Shown: piece by piece, positions 46,854-57,022 of the stretch
Layout: every line of letters starts with the position of its first letter
Position numbering within the stretch: the stretch's first letter is position 1
Assembly (NCBI RefSeq): GCF_036402515.1
Contig: NZ_DASWST010000247.1
Length of the DNA stretch: 64,000 bases
Reading direction: 5' to 3' (one strand)
From: Pseudonocardia sp.
GTDB taxonomy: Bacteria > Actinomycetota > Actinomycetes > Mycobacteriales > Pseudonocardiaceae
Program-made: the position numbers and the translations under genes
The notes under the pieces: model-generated
Database searches by the model: none
What the model was told of the DNA's origin: nothing
Seen by the model: only the letters and a program-made list of their open reading frames with translations

Positions 46854-48050
46854 GTGCCCGAACCGCAACCCCACCTGCCGCTGGCCGGCCTGCTGGTGAT
46901 CACCCTGGAGCAGGCGATCGCCGCGCCGCTGTGCACCCGCCACCTGGCCGATTTCGGCGCCCGGGTAATCAAGATCGAGCCACCTGGGCAGGGCGACTTC
47001 ACCAGGCACTACGACGAGGTGGTGCACGGTTTGGCCGCCCATTTCGTCTGGGTCAGCCGGGGCAAGGAGTCGCTCACCCTGGACCTGAAGTCCGAGGCCG
47101 GCAACGCACTGCTGCACCGCCTGCTGGTCGACGCGGACGTACTGGTCAGCAATCTCGGGCCGGGCGCGGTGGACCGGCTGGGACTGGGCGCCGAGGAGCT
47201 CGCCGAGCGCTACCCTCGGCTGATCACCGCGACCATCTCCGGTTACGGCACCGGCGGCACGCTGGACCACAAGCGGGCCTACGACCTGCTGGCCCAGGCC
47301 GAGGCGGGCTCGTGCGCGATCACCGGGTGGCCCGGCCAGCCGGCCAAACCGGGCATACCGATCGCCGATGTGGGCACCGCGATGTACGCGTACTCGTCGA
47401 TCCTGGCGGCGCTCTACGACCGGGAGCGGACCGGCCGGGGCACCGCCATCGCGGTCAGCCTGTTCGACACGGTGATCGAGTTCATGGGCTACGCGCTCAA
47501 CCACGCCCGGCACAGCGGGCACGACCAACCGCCCAACGGACTGAGCTCGCCCTCAGTCGCGCCGTACGGGGCCTACCCCACCTCCGACGGGCACACCGTG
47601 GTGCTCGGCACCACCAACGACGGCGAGTGGCGCCGGCTGGCCGGGCGGATGCTGGGCCGCGACGACCTGGCCGCCGACTCCCGGTACGCGCACAACGCCG
47701 GCCGCCTCGCGCACCGCGCTGAGCTGGACGAACAGATCTCCGCATGGTGCTCGGCGCGTCCGCTGGCCGAGGTGCAGGCGGCCGCCGACGCGGCCGGAAT
47801 CGGCAACGCCCGGTACAACATGCCGTCCGAAGTCGTCACCCATCCGCACCTGGCCAGCCGGGACCGCTGGCGGGACGTGGATTCCCCAGTCGGGCCGATC
47901 CCGGCGCTGCTGCCCCCGCCGGTGGTAGCCGGCTGGGAGCCTCGCATGGGGGCAATTCCCGGGCTGGGTGCCCATACCGACCAGATCCTCGCTGAGCTGG
48001 GCTTTTCCCTCGACGAGGTGGACGATTTGCGCCGCGGCGGGGTGGTCTGA
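46854..48050 (+). CDS. Family III CoA transferase (CaiB/BaiF)
   Basis: PLAG...LEQAIAAP.C...LADFGA.VIKIE, RGKES..LDLK, YDL..QAE, IAD. Confidence 0.92.
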   Translation: MPEPQPHLPLAGLLVITLEQAIAAPLCTRHLADFGARVIKIEPPGQGDFTRHYDEVVHGLAAHFVWVSRGKESLTLDLKSEAGNALLHRLLVDADVLVSNLGPGAVDRLGLGAEELAERYPRLITATISGYGTGGTLDHKRAYDLLAQAEAGSCAITGWPGQPAKPGIPIADVGTAMYAYSSILAALYDRERTGRGTAIAVSLFDTVIEFMGYALNHARHSGHDQPPNGLSSPSVAPYGAYPTSDGHTVVLGTTNDGEWRRLAGRMLGRDDLAADSRYAHNAGRLAHRAELDEQISAWCSARPLAEVQAAADAAGIGNARYNMPSEVVTHPHLASRDRWRDVDSPVGPIPALLPPPVVAGWEPRMGAIPGLGAHTDQILAELGFSLDEVDDLRRGGVV

Positions 48051-48245
48051 GGCGGGCTGAGGAGGGTGATCGACGGCCCGCGCCAGCGCTGATCGGCACC
48101 GGAGTACTGTCCCCGGACGAGGCGGTCGACCGCGCGGGACGCAGGCCACATCCGCCCCGGGCAGTAACGTTCGGCGGCGGACAGCGTTGAACTAAGTAAG
48201 GCAGACCTACCTAAAACCAGAGTCTCTGCAGGGGAGTTTCACGCC

Positions 48246-49193
48246 GTGCCACGCGTCTTCGACAACATCACGCCTCGCGATATCCAGCTTTGGGGCAACC
48301 ACACGGTCAAGTTGCGGCACAAGCTCGCGGAGCGGGATGACCTGTTCTCCGACGAGTCGCTGGCCAAGCTCGTCGAGACGATCGACCCGAAGCACATCGA
48401 CATCACCACGATGGGCGAGGACGTCTCCACCTGGGGCCACGTCGACCGCGCCGGCCAGCCCGGCTCGAAGGTGCTCGACGCGGTGCGTGGCGGGAGGGTC
48501 TGGATCAACCTCCAGGCGATCGAGCAGGCGGACCCCCGGTTCGCCGACCTGCTCGACCAGATGTACGGCGAGCTCGAGGGCACCATGCCCGACTTCAAGA
48601 CCTTCAAGCGCAAACTGGGCCTGCTCATCTCCTCGCCCACCGCCCGGGTCTTCTACCACTTCGACGTGCCCGGTCAGGGCCTGTGGCAGATCCGCGGCCG
48701 CAAGCGCATCTGGATCTACCCGCCCACCGTGCCGTTCCTGCGCCCGCAGAACGTCGAGGATGTGGTGCGCAGCCTCGCCATGGAGGACCTGCCCTACGAG
48801 CCGTGGTTCGACGACTACGCGGAGGTCTACGACCTGGAGCCGGGCGAGATGCTGCACTGGGCGCTCAACGGCCCGCACCGGGTGAGCAACCTGGACGGCT
48901 TCAGCGTCTCGCTGACCACCGAGCACTGGACCAGCCAGATCCGCCGCTCCTACGCGATGCACTACGGCAACGGCATCCTGCGTAACAAGGCGCACTGGAC
49001 GCCCCGGTCCAGCTCGCTGGACGGCCCGGGGTTCTGGGCCAAGGCCGGCCTCACCGCCGCCTGGCGCAAGAGCGGCATGCAGAAGAAGGAGGGCTACAAG
49101 CGGGTGATGACCTACAAGGTCGACCCGGACGCCCCCCTCGGCGTCGTGCCGCTGGAGGAGAAGGACCGGACCACGGTCAGCCACCTGAGCTGA
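48246..49193 (+). CDS. JmjC/cupin-like Fe(II)/2OG oxygenase
   Basis: YHFD (HxD), QIRG.K, LEPGE.L.W....PH.V.N (distal His); RBS GGGGAG. Confidence 0.78.
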   Translation: MPRVFDNITPRDIQLWGNHTVKLRHKLAERDDLFSDESLAKLVETIDPKHIDITTMGEDVSTWGHVDRAGQPGSKVLDAVRGGRVWINLQAIEQADPRFADLLDQMYGELEGTMPDFKTFKRKLGLLISSPTARVFYHFDVPGQGLWQIRGRKRIWIYPPTVPFLRPQNVEDVVRSLAMEDLPYEPWFDDYAEVYDLEPGEMLHWALNGPHRVSNLDGFSVSLTTEHWTSQIRRSYAMHYGNGILRNKAHWTPRSSSLDGPGFWAKAGLTAAWRKSGMQKKEGYKRVMTYKVDPDAPLGVVPLEEKDRTTVSHLS

Positions 49194-49368
49194 CGTCTGC
49201 TCGTCCCCGCCGGTGCCCGGCGAGTGGGTGCCTCCCGCACCCGCCCGCCGGGCACCTCGCTGTCCGCCCCGGATCACCCGAGGGCGGCGCATCCCCGCGC
49301 CCGGCTGGATCATTGTCGGGCTGTGCCGGCGCGCGCCCGGCTAGTGTCCTGAGGAGAGTCTTTTCCTG

Positions 49369-50217
49369 ATGATTATTGACGTCTGGGCGCAGCCCACCTT
49401 TGTATCCGCGCCGAACCGGTTACCCATGCCCGAGGTCCGCAGGCTGGCCGAGAAGTCCGGCAGCGCGGATCGGATCGAGGCACGGATCGGCCCGGACGAG
49501 CTGGTGGCCGAGATGGACGCGGCCGGAGTGGACGTGCTGCTGCTCTCCGCCTGGCACCGCCCCGGTGGTTGGGTGGTGAGCAACGACGACGTCGCGCAGT
49601 TCACCACCGCGTACCCGGACCGGTTCGCCGGGCTGGCCTCGGTCAACCTGGCCGACCCGGTGGCCGCGGTGCGCGAGCTGCACCGTGCGGTGGGTGAGCT
49701 CGGGTTCATCGGGCTGCGGGTGGTGCCCTGGCTCTGGGAGCTACCGCCGGACGACCGGCTCTACTACCCGCTGTACGTGGCCTGCGTGGAGCTCGGCATC
49801 CCGTTCTGCACGCAGGTCGGGCACACCGGGCCGCTCAAGCCCTCGGACACCGGGCGGCCGGTGCCCTACCTGGACCGGGTGGCGTTGGACTTCCCCGAGC
49901 TGGCCATCGTGGGCGGGCACATCGGCCATCCGTGGACCAACGAGATGATCGGCGTGGTCTGGAAGCACGACAACGTCTTCCTGGACACCTCGGCGTACCT
50001 GCCCCGCTACTACCCCGCCGAGCTGGTCCACTTCATGAACACCTACGGCCGGGGCAAGGTCATGTTCGGCACCAACTGGCCGCAGCTGCGCCACGACCGC
50101 GCGCTCGCCCAGCTGGATCAGCTGGGGCTCTCCGACGAGGCGCGCGCGGACTTCCTCGGTGGGGTGGCCGCCCGGGTGTTCCAGCTGCCGGCCGGCCGGG
50201 CCGCGGCGACCAACTGA
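49369..50217 (+). CDS. Amidohydrolase_2 family protein
   Basis: IIDVW.Q, QVGHTGP, GGHIG.PW, DTSAY, FGTNWP. Confidence 0.88.
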   Translation: MIIDVWAQPTFVSAPNRLPMPEVRRLAEKSGSADRIEARIGPDELVAEMDAAGVDVLLLSAWHRPGGWVVSNDDVAQFTTAYPDRFAGLASVNLADPVAAVRELHRAVGELGFIGLRVVPWLWELPPDDRLYYPLYVACVELGIPFCTQVGHTGPLKPSDTGRPVPYLDRVALDFPELAIVGGHIGHPWTNEMIGVVWKHDNVFLDTSAYLPRYYPAELVHFMNTYGRGKVMFGTNWPQLRHDRALAQLDQLGLSDEARADFLGGVAARVFQLPAGRAAATN

Positions 50218-50229
50218 GGTCCCGGCTGC

Positions 50230-51006
50230 TCAGAGGTAGCGGCTCAGGTCCGGATAGTTGGTGATTTCCCAGCCGCCGTCCACCACCAGGCTGGTGCCGG
50301 TGATGTACCGAGCGTCGTCACTGGCCAGGTACACACACGGGCCGGCGATGTCGTCCGGATCCGCCGCCCTGGCCAGCGGAATTCGCCGCAGGTAGTCCTC
50401 GCGCAGCCCCGGGATGGCCAGCAGCGGAGCGGTCAGCGGGGTTTCCACCAGCCCGGGCAGCACGGCGTTCACCCGGATCCGGTGTTCGGCCAGCTCCAGC
50501 GCGGCGCCCTTGGTGAAGTTCTCCGCGCCGGCCTTGCCCGCAGCGTACGAGCTGGCGCCCCAGAGCGGGACGTGCGCGTTGAGCGAGGACACGTTCACGA
50601 TCGCGCCGCCCCGGCCGCCCTCCCGCATTGCCCGCGCGGCGTGCCGGGTGCCCAGGTATGTGCCCTTCAGTACCAGGTCAACCGTGGCAGACCAGTCTTC
50701 CACCGTGCCGTCCAGGATGCTGCCGAACCGGGCCGCCCCGGCCACGTTGAACGCCAGGTCGAGCCGGCCGAACCTGGACACCGCGGCGGCCACCGCGTCC
50801 CGCATCCGGTCATCGACGGTGACGTCGGCGACCGCGGTGGCCAGCTCCGCGCCGGCCTTCGCCTCAGCCTCGGCCAACGCGTCGGCGTTGATGTCGGCGG
50901 CCAGCACCCGGGCGCCCTCATCGAGCAGCCGAGCCACGATCGCCGCGCCGATACCCGACGCCCCGCCGGTGACCAGGGCGACCTGCCCCTCGAACCGGCC
51001 GCTCAT
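50230..51006 (-). CDS. Short-chain dehydrogenase/reductase
   Basis: TGGASGIG, NVAG, YAAGK, VDGG. Confidence 0.92.
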   Translation of the reverse strand: MSGRFEGQVALVTGGASGIGAAIVARLLDEGARVLAADINADALAEAEAKAGAELATAVADVTVDDRMRDAVAAAVSRFGRLDLAFNVAGAARFGSILDGTVEDWSATVDLVLKGTYLGTRHAARAMREGGRGGAIVNVSSLNAHVPLWGASSYAAGKAGAENFTKGAALELAEHRIRVNAVLPGLVETPLTAPLLAIPGLREDYLRRIPLARAADPDDIAGPCVYLASDDARYITGTSLVVDGGWEITNYPDLSRYL

Positions 51007-51056
51007 CGGAGGGGTCCACAGTTGCTCAAGTTCGGCGACGCTGCCATCCCCCCACC

Positions 51057-51695
51057 CTATTCGAGTTCGCCAGCCCGGCCAGTGGCCACGTAGCGGGCGA
51101 TGCGGGCCAGTCGGGCGCCCTGCACCCGGCACGCCCCCAAGGCCTCCTCGTCCGGGGACGCCGACTTGCGGGACACAAACGATCCGCCGTACGGGTTGCC
51201 CGACTCCATCACCTGAGGGTCGGAGTAGCCGAGCGGCAGCACGATCGAGCCCCAGTGGTAGAAGACGTTGTTCATCGCCAGAATGGTCGACTCCAGGCCG
51301 CCGTGCTTGGTGGACGAGCTGGTGAACGCGGTGCCCACCTTGTCGATCAGTTTGCCCTTCGCCCAGAGCCCACCCGTGGTGTCCAGGAACTCCTTGAGCT
51401 GCCCCGCCGGGCCGCCGAACCGGGTGGGACTACCCAGCGCGATGCCGTCCGCCCAGTCCAGGTCGTCCAGCGTGGCGGGCTGGTCGTAGGGATTGCTGTC
51501 CACCCAGGCCTGCCAGCGCGGATTGCTCGCCACCGCCGCCGGCGGGGCCAGCTCGGGCACCGGGCGCACCCGGACCTCCGCGCCCTCCTTGCGGGCTCCG
51601 TCCCCGACCGCCTCGGCCAGCGCGGCCACATTCCCGGTGGCGCTGTAGAACACCACGGCGACCTTGGGAGCCACCGCGCCCGTCGCATCCGTCAT
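51057..51695 (-). CDS. wrbA: NAD(P)H:quinone oxidoreductase, WrbA type
   Basis: FYSATGN, GSPTRFG, FTSSS..HGG.E, GNPYG. Confidence 0.92.
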   Translation of the reverse strand: MTDATGAVAPKVAVVFYSATGNVAALAEAVGDGARKEGAEVRVRPVPELAPPAAVASNPRWQAWVDSNPYDQPATLDDLDWADGIALGSPTRFGGPAGQLKEFLDTTGGLWAKGKLIDKVGTAFTSSSTKHGGLESTILAMNNVFYHWGSIVLPLGYSDPQVMESGNPYGGSFVSRKSASPDEEALGACRVQGARLARIARYVATGRAGELE

Positions 51696-52014
51696 TCCAG
51701 CCCTCGCCCTCCGGCCGTGCCCTGCTCGGTCACCTCAACCTAGATCCTCGCGCCGTGCCTCGCTCGAGGATGCCTGAGCTCTCGAGGGCGCGCTCGACGC
51801 TGACAATCATCAGTCCGCGCTTATCCCGCGCTAATCCACACCGAGGATAATGGTTGGCTAATTACTTCCTTCGCCAGTTGGACTATCAGCTCCCGATGCC
51901 GCCGCTAGGCATTTCCTGTGAAGGCCCAAACATGTGCCCCACCCAATATGTAGGAGGCGTACGTTTCATGGTGAGGGCCCGATTGGGAGGCCCCCGCGAA
52001 ATGGAGGAAACGCC

Positions 52015-52125
52015 ATGGCAAACACCGATCGCCACATCGGCTGGTACCCCGGCGGCCGCCGCAACGGTGACGACCGCCGGCGCCGCAACGACTACGAACA
52101 GAACAGGCGCGATCGCCGTAGGTAG
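52015..52125 (+). CDS. 36-aa Arg/Asp-rich peptide upstream of an ABC exporter
   Basis: GGAGG-N7-ATG; MANTDRHIGWYPGGRRNGDDRRRRNDYEQNRRDRRR; ends 12 bp before the exporter ORF. Confidence 0.55.
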   Translation: MANTDRHIGWYPGGRRNGDDRRRRNDYEQNRRDRRR

Positions 52126-52137
52126 TCGACGGGAGCG

Positions 52138-54135
52138 GTGGCGGCCCGGTTCGTGCCGGGCCGCCACCTGGCGCCCACCGAGTCAGACAAGTCAGGAATG
52201 ATCATGCGGCAGCCGGCGTACAGCGCTGACCAGGTGAGCACCATCGCCATCCCCCGGGTCGACTCGACCATCGAGCATGCGCCCGCTATCAGCATCCGCC
52301 GGATCATCCAGCGGTTCTGGCCGCAGCTGCGCCCGTACCGGTGGTGGTTGTTGCTCGTCCTACTACTGATCATAATCGGCCTGGGGCTGGACGCCGGGAT
52401 GATCTGGCTGTTCGAGATCCTGGTCGACCAGGTGCTCACCCCGCCGAACCCATCGCTGTTCCCGGCGGTCGCGGCCGGATACGCGGGCATCACCCTCATG
52501 GTCGGGCTCATCACCTTCGCCGACCAGTACCTCACCGCCTGGATGGGCGAAGGATTCCTGCACCGACTGCGGATGCGAGTGTTCAGCCACCTGCAGTCAC
52601 TACCGCTGCAATTCTTTGAGCGACGCCCGGCCGGCGACACGATTTCCCGGTTGACCTCGGATATTAGCGCGATCGAGGATTTGGTGCTCACCGGCGCCAC
52701 TGGCGCCGCACAGAATATTCTCAGAATAATCGTCTATAGCGGGATCCTCTTCTTTTTGAACTGGCAGCTGGCGCTGACCGCGCTGGTCGCGCTCCCCGTC
52801 TTCGCGCTTTGCTCGCGGTTTTTCTCCGGGCGCAGCCAGCGCGCGTCGCGGGAGGTGCGCCGGCGAGCTGGTCAGATCGGCGCGGTGGCCGAGGAGAATT
52901 TGGGCGCCATGCCCCTGGTGCAGGCCTACAACCTGGCTCCGAGGGAGATCGCCCGGTTCGGTGCGCAGAGCAACGCGGTGCGGGCCGCCGAGTTGACCGC
53001 GACCCGCATCCGCGCACTGTTCGCGCCGATCACTGACCTCTTCGAGGTGGCCGGGGTGCTGCTCATCCTCGGTTTCGGCCTGTTCGCGCTGGTGAACAAG
53101 CAGCTCACCCTGGGTGACCTGCTGGCGTTCCTGATCTATCTGAGCCAGCTCTACGCTCCGGCGCGGAGCCTGGCCGGGCTGGCCACGACCGCCTACGCGG
53201 CGACCGCCGGCGCCGAGCGGGTCATCGAGCTACTCGACCAGAAGCCCGCCTCGACTCCCCGGCTGGCGCCCCCCGCGGCGCCCGGCGGTATGGCTGCCCC
53301 GCTCGGCACCACCGCGCTCAGCGGCACATCCGGGCGACCGGTCCGCCGGGGCGTCGAGTTCAACCGGGTGCGGTTCCGCTACCCCGGCCAGCCGGCCGAC
53401 GCGCTGCATGAGGTCAGCTTCACCGTGCCCCGAGGGACGTGTGTGGCGGTGCTCGGCGCCAGTGGCTCGGGCAAGTCGACACTGCTGCGATTGCTGCAGC
53501 GCTTCGACGACCCGTCCGCCGGGACGATCCGGCTGGACGACCGGGACCTGCGGCTGATGGATCCCTCGGCGCTGCGCGAACGGCTGGCCCTGGTGCCCCA
53601 GGAGAGCATGCTGTTCGACACCTCGGTGGCGGAGAACATCCTGGTCGGCCGTCCGGGGGCAAGCCCGGCCCAGGTGGTGGCGGCGGCCAGGGCGGCCGGC
53701 GCGGACGAGTTCATCCGGCGAATGCCCCAGGGCTACCACAGCCCGGTGGGCCAGCGCGGCCGGCTGCTGTCCGGTGGGCAGCGCCAGCGCATCTCGCTGG
53801 CCAGGGCGCTGATCCGGGACGCCGAGGTGCTGCTGCTGGACGAACCGACCACCGGCCTGGATGGGCGGGCCCGCGACGAGTTGCTCGGCGTGCTGTCCCG
53901 GCTGACCGTGGACCGCACCACCGTACTGATCACCCATGACCCGCTGGTGGCCGCGCTCGCCGACCAGGTCGTCTGGCTGGACCGGGGCCGGGTGGTGCCG
54001 GCCGCCCCGAGCCAGGTTCGGGCGGCTCCACGGCTCGGCGCGACTCCGCGGCTTGAGGCGGCTGAGCGGCTTGAGGCGGCTGAGCCGGTCGGGGCGACTC
54101 AGCCGGTCGCCTCGACGGCTTGCCCGGACCGGTAG
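52138..54135 (+). CDS. ABC exporter, fused TMD-NBD (MsbA-like)
   Basis: 6-TM domain; GASGSGKST, LSGGQRQR, LLLDEPT, H-loop; start uncertain (ATG 52198 possible). Confidence 0.92.
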   Translation: MAARFVPGRHLAPTESDKSGMIMRQPAYSADQVSTIAIPRVDSTIEHAPAISIRRIIQRFWPQLRPYRWWLLLVLLLIIIGLGLDAGMIWLFEILVDQVLTPPNPSLFPAVAAGYAGITLMVGLITFADQYLTAWMGEGFLHRLRMRVFSHLQSLPLQFFERRPAGDTISRLTSDISAIEDLVLTGATGAAQNILRIIVYSGILFFLNWQLALTALVALPVFALCSRFFSGRSQRASREVRRRAGQIGAVAEENLGAMPLVQAYNLAPREIARFGAQSNAVRAAELTATRIRALFAPITDLFEVAGVLLILGFGLFALVNKQLTLGDLLAFLIYLSQLYAPARSLAGLATTAYAATAGAERVIELLDQKPASTPRLAPPAAPGGMAAPLGTTALSGTSGRPVRRGVEFNRVRFRYPGQPADALHEVSFTVPRGTCVAVLGASGSGKSTLLRLLQRFDDPSAGTIRLDDRDLRLMDPSALRERLALVPQESMLFDTSVAENILVGRPGASPAQVVAAARAAGADEFIRRMPQGYHSPVGQRGRLLSGGQRQRISLARALIRDAEVLLLDEPTTGLDGRARDELLGVLSRLTVDRTTVLITHDPLVAALADQVVWLDRGRVVPAAPSQVRAAPRLGATPRLEAAERLEAAEPVGATQPVASTACPDR

Positions 54136-54145
54136 GCACCCGGCG

Positions 54146-55075
54146 TCACGACGACCCGGCGTCCAGCCGGTGCTGATACACGCGCAGTTGCAGCGTCACC
54201 ACCTCGAGCAGCGGGACCGGCACGCTCAATTCGTTCGCCCTGTCCACCAGGTCCCCGAAGATCTGCTCCACCTCCACACGCTGCCCGCTGGTGAGATCCC
54301 GGTAGAGCGAGGCGGTCGCCACCGAGCCCTGGGCGGTCACCGCGCCGCGGGCGATCGCCGCCGCGGCCTCCAACAACGGGTACCCGGCGGCCTCGGCGAC
54401 CGCGGCGCCCTCGGCCACCACGGCCTCGGCGAACCGGATACCACCGGGCGCCCCCGCCACCTCGCCGATGGCGCCCCGAGCCAGGCAGTTCACCGCCGCG
54501 ATGCTCGAGATGAAGACCCACTTCGCCCACATATCGCCGGTGATGTCCGCCGACAGCTCGGTATCGAAACCGACGCCGGACAGCGTGCGGTGCAGCTCGT
54601 CCAGCGGACGGTCCGGCGCCCAGTCCCGGACCCCGTAGGTCATGCTGCCCAGGTCGGACAGCCGGGCGATGTCCCCGTTCGCGTCGAGGGTGGCGGCCAC
54701 CTTGGCCACGCCGCCCAACACCGGGCGCTCGCCGAACCGCTCCACCAGCGCGTCGACGTGCCGCATGCCGTTGAGCACCGGCAGGATCATCGTCTCCGGG
54801 CCGACCGCCGGCGCGAGGTCGTCGATCGCCGAGGCCAGTCCGGCTTCCTTGACCGTGAGCACCACCAGATCGAACGGGGCGGTGAGCTCCGGCGCGGTGG
54901 CCAGCTTCGGCTCGAGCACGGTCTGCTCTCCCACACCGACGATGCGCAACCCCCGTTCGCGCAGCACCGCGGCCCGCCCCGGGCGTACCAGGAAGGTCAC
55001 GTCCCGCCCGGCCTGGTCCAGCCGGCCGCCGAAGAAGCCGCCGGTGGCGCCGGCGCCCACTACCAGAATCCTCAC
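54146..55075 (-). CDS. Ketopantoate reductase family protein
   Basis: ILVVGAGATGG, LNG, MWAKW, S.YRD...G...E.E. Confidence 0.88.
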   Translation of the reverse strand: MRILVVGAGATGGFFGGRLDQAGRDVTFLVRPGRAAVLRERGLRIVGVGEQTVLEPKLATAPELTAPFDLVVLTVKEAGLASAIDDLAPAVGPETMILPVLNGMRHVDALVERFGERPVLGGVAKVAATLDANGDIARLSDLGSMTYGVRDWAPDRPLDELHRTLSGVGFDTELSADITGDMWAKWVFISSIAAVNCLARGAIGEVAGAPGGIRFAEAVVAEGAAVAEAAGYPLLEAAAAIARGAVTAQGSVATASLYRDLTSGQRVEVEQIFGDLVDRANELSVPVPLLEVVTLQLRVYQHRLDAGSS

Positions 55076-55730
55076 GATGACCCGCCCAGCCTCAGCTGCC
55101 GTTCCTCGCCGTGCCGCATGGAGCTCCCCTCCGGCCGCGCGTCCAACGCAACGCCGGCAACAAGTGGTAGGTCAACCAAGTCCATCCCTTAGCTGCGCCG
55201 CCCGCAACCTCGATGTCGCCGAACAGCTGAGCGCACCTTGGCTTCGGCGGCTGGCAATACGGCGACCGGCACCAGGGTGTGCAGCACCGCGCCGTCGGTC
55301 TCCCCCGGCTCGGCCTGGCACTCCGGCGCAACCTTTGGGTTGGTGGGGCGTCTTCTGGATGAGGGGCGAAATCGGAGTCGGAGAGTATCTCAGTTGAGAA
55401 CGAGCCGTACTCTATGTAACCCTTAGGGGTGTGGCCCGGCAAAACGGGTAATAGCCACCGACCGAAGTGAACGCATCAAGGGTGGTGATTTGGGTGGAGA
55501 AGTTGAGGTGTTGTGACGCTGCCGGTCCAATCACAAGCGCATCACCAGCCACCTTCCGCAAGGCAACCGAACCTGGAGAGATACCTCTGGGCCACACGGT
55601 CGTTGAGAAGGGCAGCTCGGGTTTCATCCGCCCGGTACCGACCTCGGTTCCGGGCGCTGCCGTGGAGCCCGGTCTCGGCGGGACGCCTCGGCGCTACCGT
55701 GCGGCACCTATCGCTGGGCAGGAGGCTTTG

Positions 55731-56411
55731 ATGGTCACCCTTAGAGGTGACGCCAGGGACGCTGGGTTCAGCGGCACTCTTCTGGCGATGTCGTGGGAAT
55801 CGATCGCGCGCCGCGGAATCGACCTGGTGGTAGCGGCGATCGGTTTGCTGGTTCTCCTGGTTCCGATGATCGTGATCGGGCTGCTGATCCGCGCGACCAG
55901 CACCGGCCCGGCGCTCTTCCGGCAGGAACGCGTGGGCTTCGGCGGCCGCACGTTCACCATGTTCAAGTTCCGCACCATGCGCACCGGCACGGGCGACGAG
56001 ATGCTCCGCGAACTCATCGCCGCCGAGCTGCGCGGCGAGGACACCTCGTCCAACGGGAGCTTCAAGCTCGACCACGACCCCCGGGTCACCAACGTCGGCA
56101 ACTTCCTGCGCAAGACCAGCCTGGACGAGCTGCCGCAGCTGATCAACGTCATGGTCGGCAACATGGCGCTGGTCGGGCCCCGCCCGTGCCTGGTGTGGGA
56201 AGCCCGGATGTTCCCTGCCGAGTTCCGGCCCCGCTTCTCCGTGCGCCCCGGGCTGACCGGCCTGTGGCAGGTCAGCGGGCGCAGCACCATGGGCACGCTG
56301 GAGATGCTGCACCTGGATCTGACCTACGTGCGGACCCGGCGTCTGATCGGCGACCTGTCGATCCTGGCCCGCACGATTCCGTCCATGCTGCGCGACCACA
56401 GCGCCCGCTGA
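55731..56411 (+). CDS. Polyprenyl-phosphate priming sugar transferase (Bac_transf)
   Basis: RGID, FRQERVG, KFRTM, DPRVT.VG.FLRKTSLDELPQL.NV..G.M.LVGPRP, PGLTGLWQ; GGAGG-N5-ATG. Confidence 0.92.
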   Translation: MVTLRGDARDAGFSGTLLAMSWESIARRGIDLVVAAIGLLVLLVPMIVIGLLIRATSTGPALFRQERVGFGGRTFTMFKFRTMRTGTGDEMLRELIAAELRGEDTSSNGSFKLDHDPRVTNVGNFLRKTSLDELPQLINVMVGNMALVGPRPCLVWEARMFPAEFRPRFSVRPGLTGLWQVSGRSTMGTLEMLHLDLTYVRTRRLIGDLSILARTIPSMLRDHSAR

Positions 56412-56454
56412 GCCTCCGGCTCGCTCCCCCGCACCTGACATCGGCGAGGAATCG

Positions 56455-56928
56455 CTAGGCGCTCGCCATCGGTTCCGCGATCGGCATCGCCTCGGCCGCG
56501 CCGATCGCCTCGACCAGATGGGCCATCTCCGGGTTCAGCGAGGCCTCCGCCAGCACTTCGCCCAGCGTCGCGTTGTGGGCCGGCCGCGCCCGCTCGAGCA
56601 GCGCGAACCCGGCCGGCGCGACCTCGCTGTAGATCCCCCGCCGGTCGGTGGGGCACAGATGCCTGGCCAGCAGGCCACGGTCCTCCAGCCGGTTGACCAG
56701 CCGCGTGGTCGCGCTCTGGCTCAACGCCATCGCGGTGGCCAGCTGGCCCATCCGCAGGTGGTAGCCCTCCTGGCGGGACAGCAGCTCCAGCACGCCGTAC
56801 TCGCTCACGCTGAGCTCGTACTCGGCCTCCAGCACCCGCTCCAGACGAGCCTCGATGCGTGCGTGCAGTACCGCCAGCAGGCGCCAACCATGCACCTGCG
56901 CCTCAACTTCATCGTCAGGCAGCGACAC
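56455..56928 (-). CDS. MarR family regulator
   Basis: LSQSATTRLVNRLEDRGL, DRRG; AAGGAGG before GTG 56928. Confidence 0.9.
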   Translation of the reverse strand: MSLPDDEVEAQVHGWRLLAVLHARIEARLERVLEAEYELSVSEYGVLELLSRQEGYHLRMGQLATAMALSQSATTRLVNRLEDRGLLARHLCPTDRRGIYSEVAPAGFALLERARPAHNATLGEVLAEASLNPEMAHLVEAIGAAEAMPIAEPMASA

Positions 56929-57022
56929 CGCAACCTCCTTCGCTAGCCTCGCTGTCACGGTAGCGCGCGGTGGGCGTTGCCAGTGTTGGCAATTGCCCGC
57001 CCGCGCATGGGATTCGTGGGTT

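Noticed and set aside
42938-49193. Secondary-metabolite cluster (ligase, AlkZ-like, methyltransferase, CoA transferase, JmjC)
   Set aside because: No carrier protein, PKS/NRPS or precursor; mixed orientations and independent promoter signals suggest unrelated genes
51854-52201. 115-aa alternative-frame ORF overlapping the Arg-rich peptide
   Set aside because: Poorer codon pattern and RBS spacing than the ATG at 52015; no recognisable features; cannot be fully excluded
55092-55442. Cys-rich 116-aa minus-strand ORF
   Set aside because: No RBS, atypical codon usage; more likely non-coding or decayed sequence
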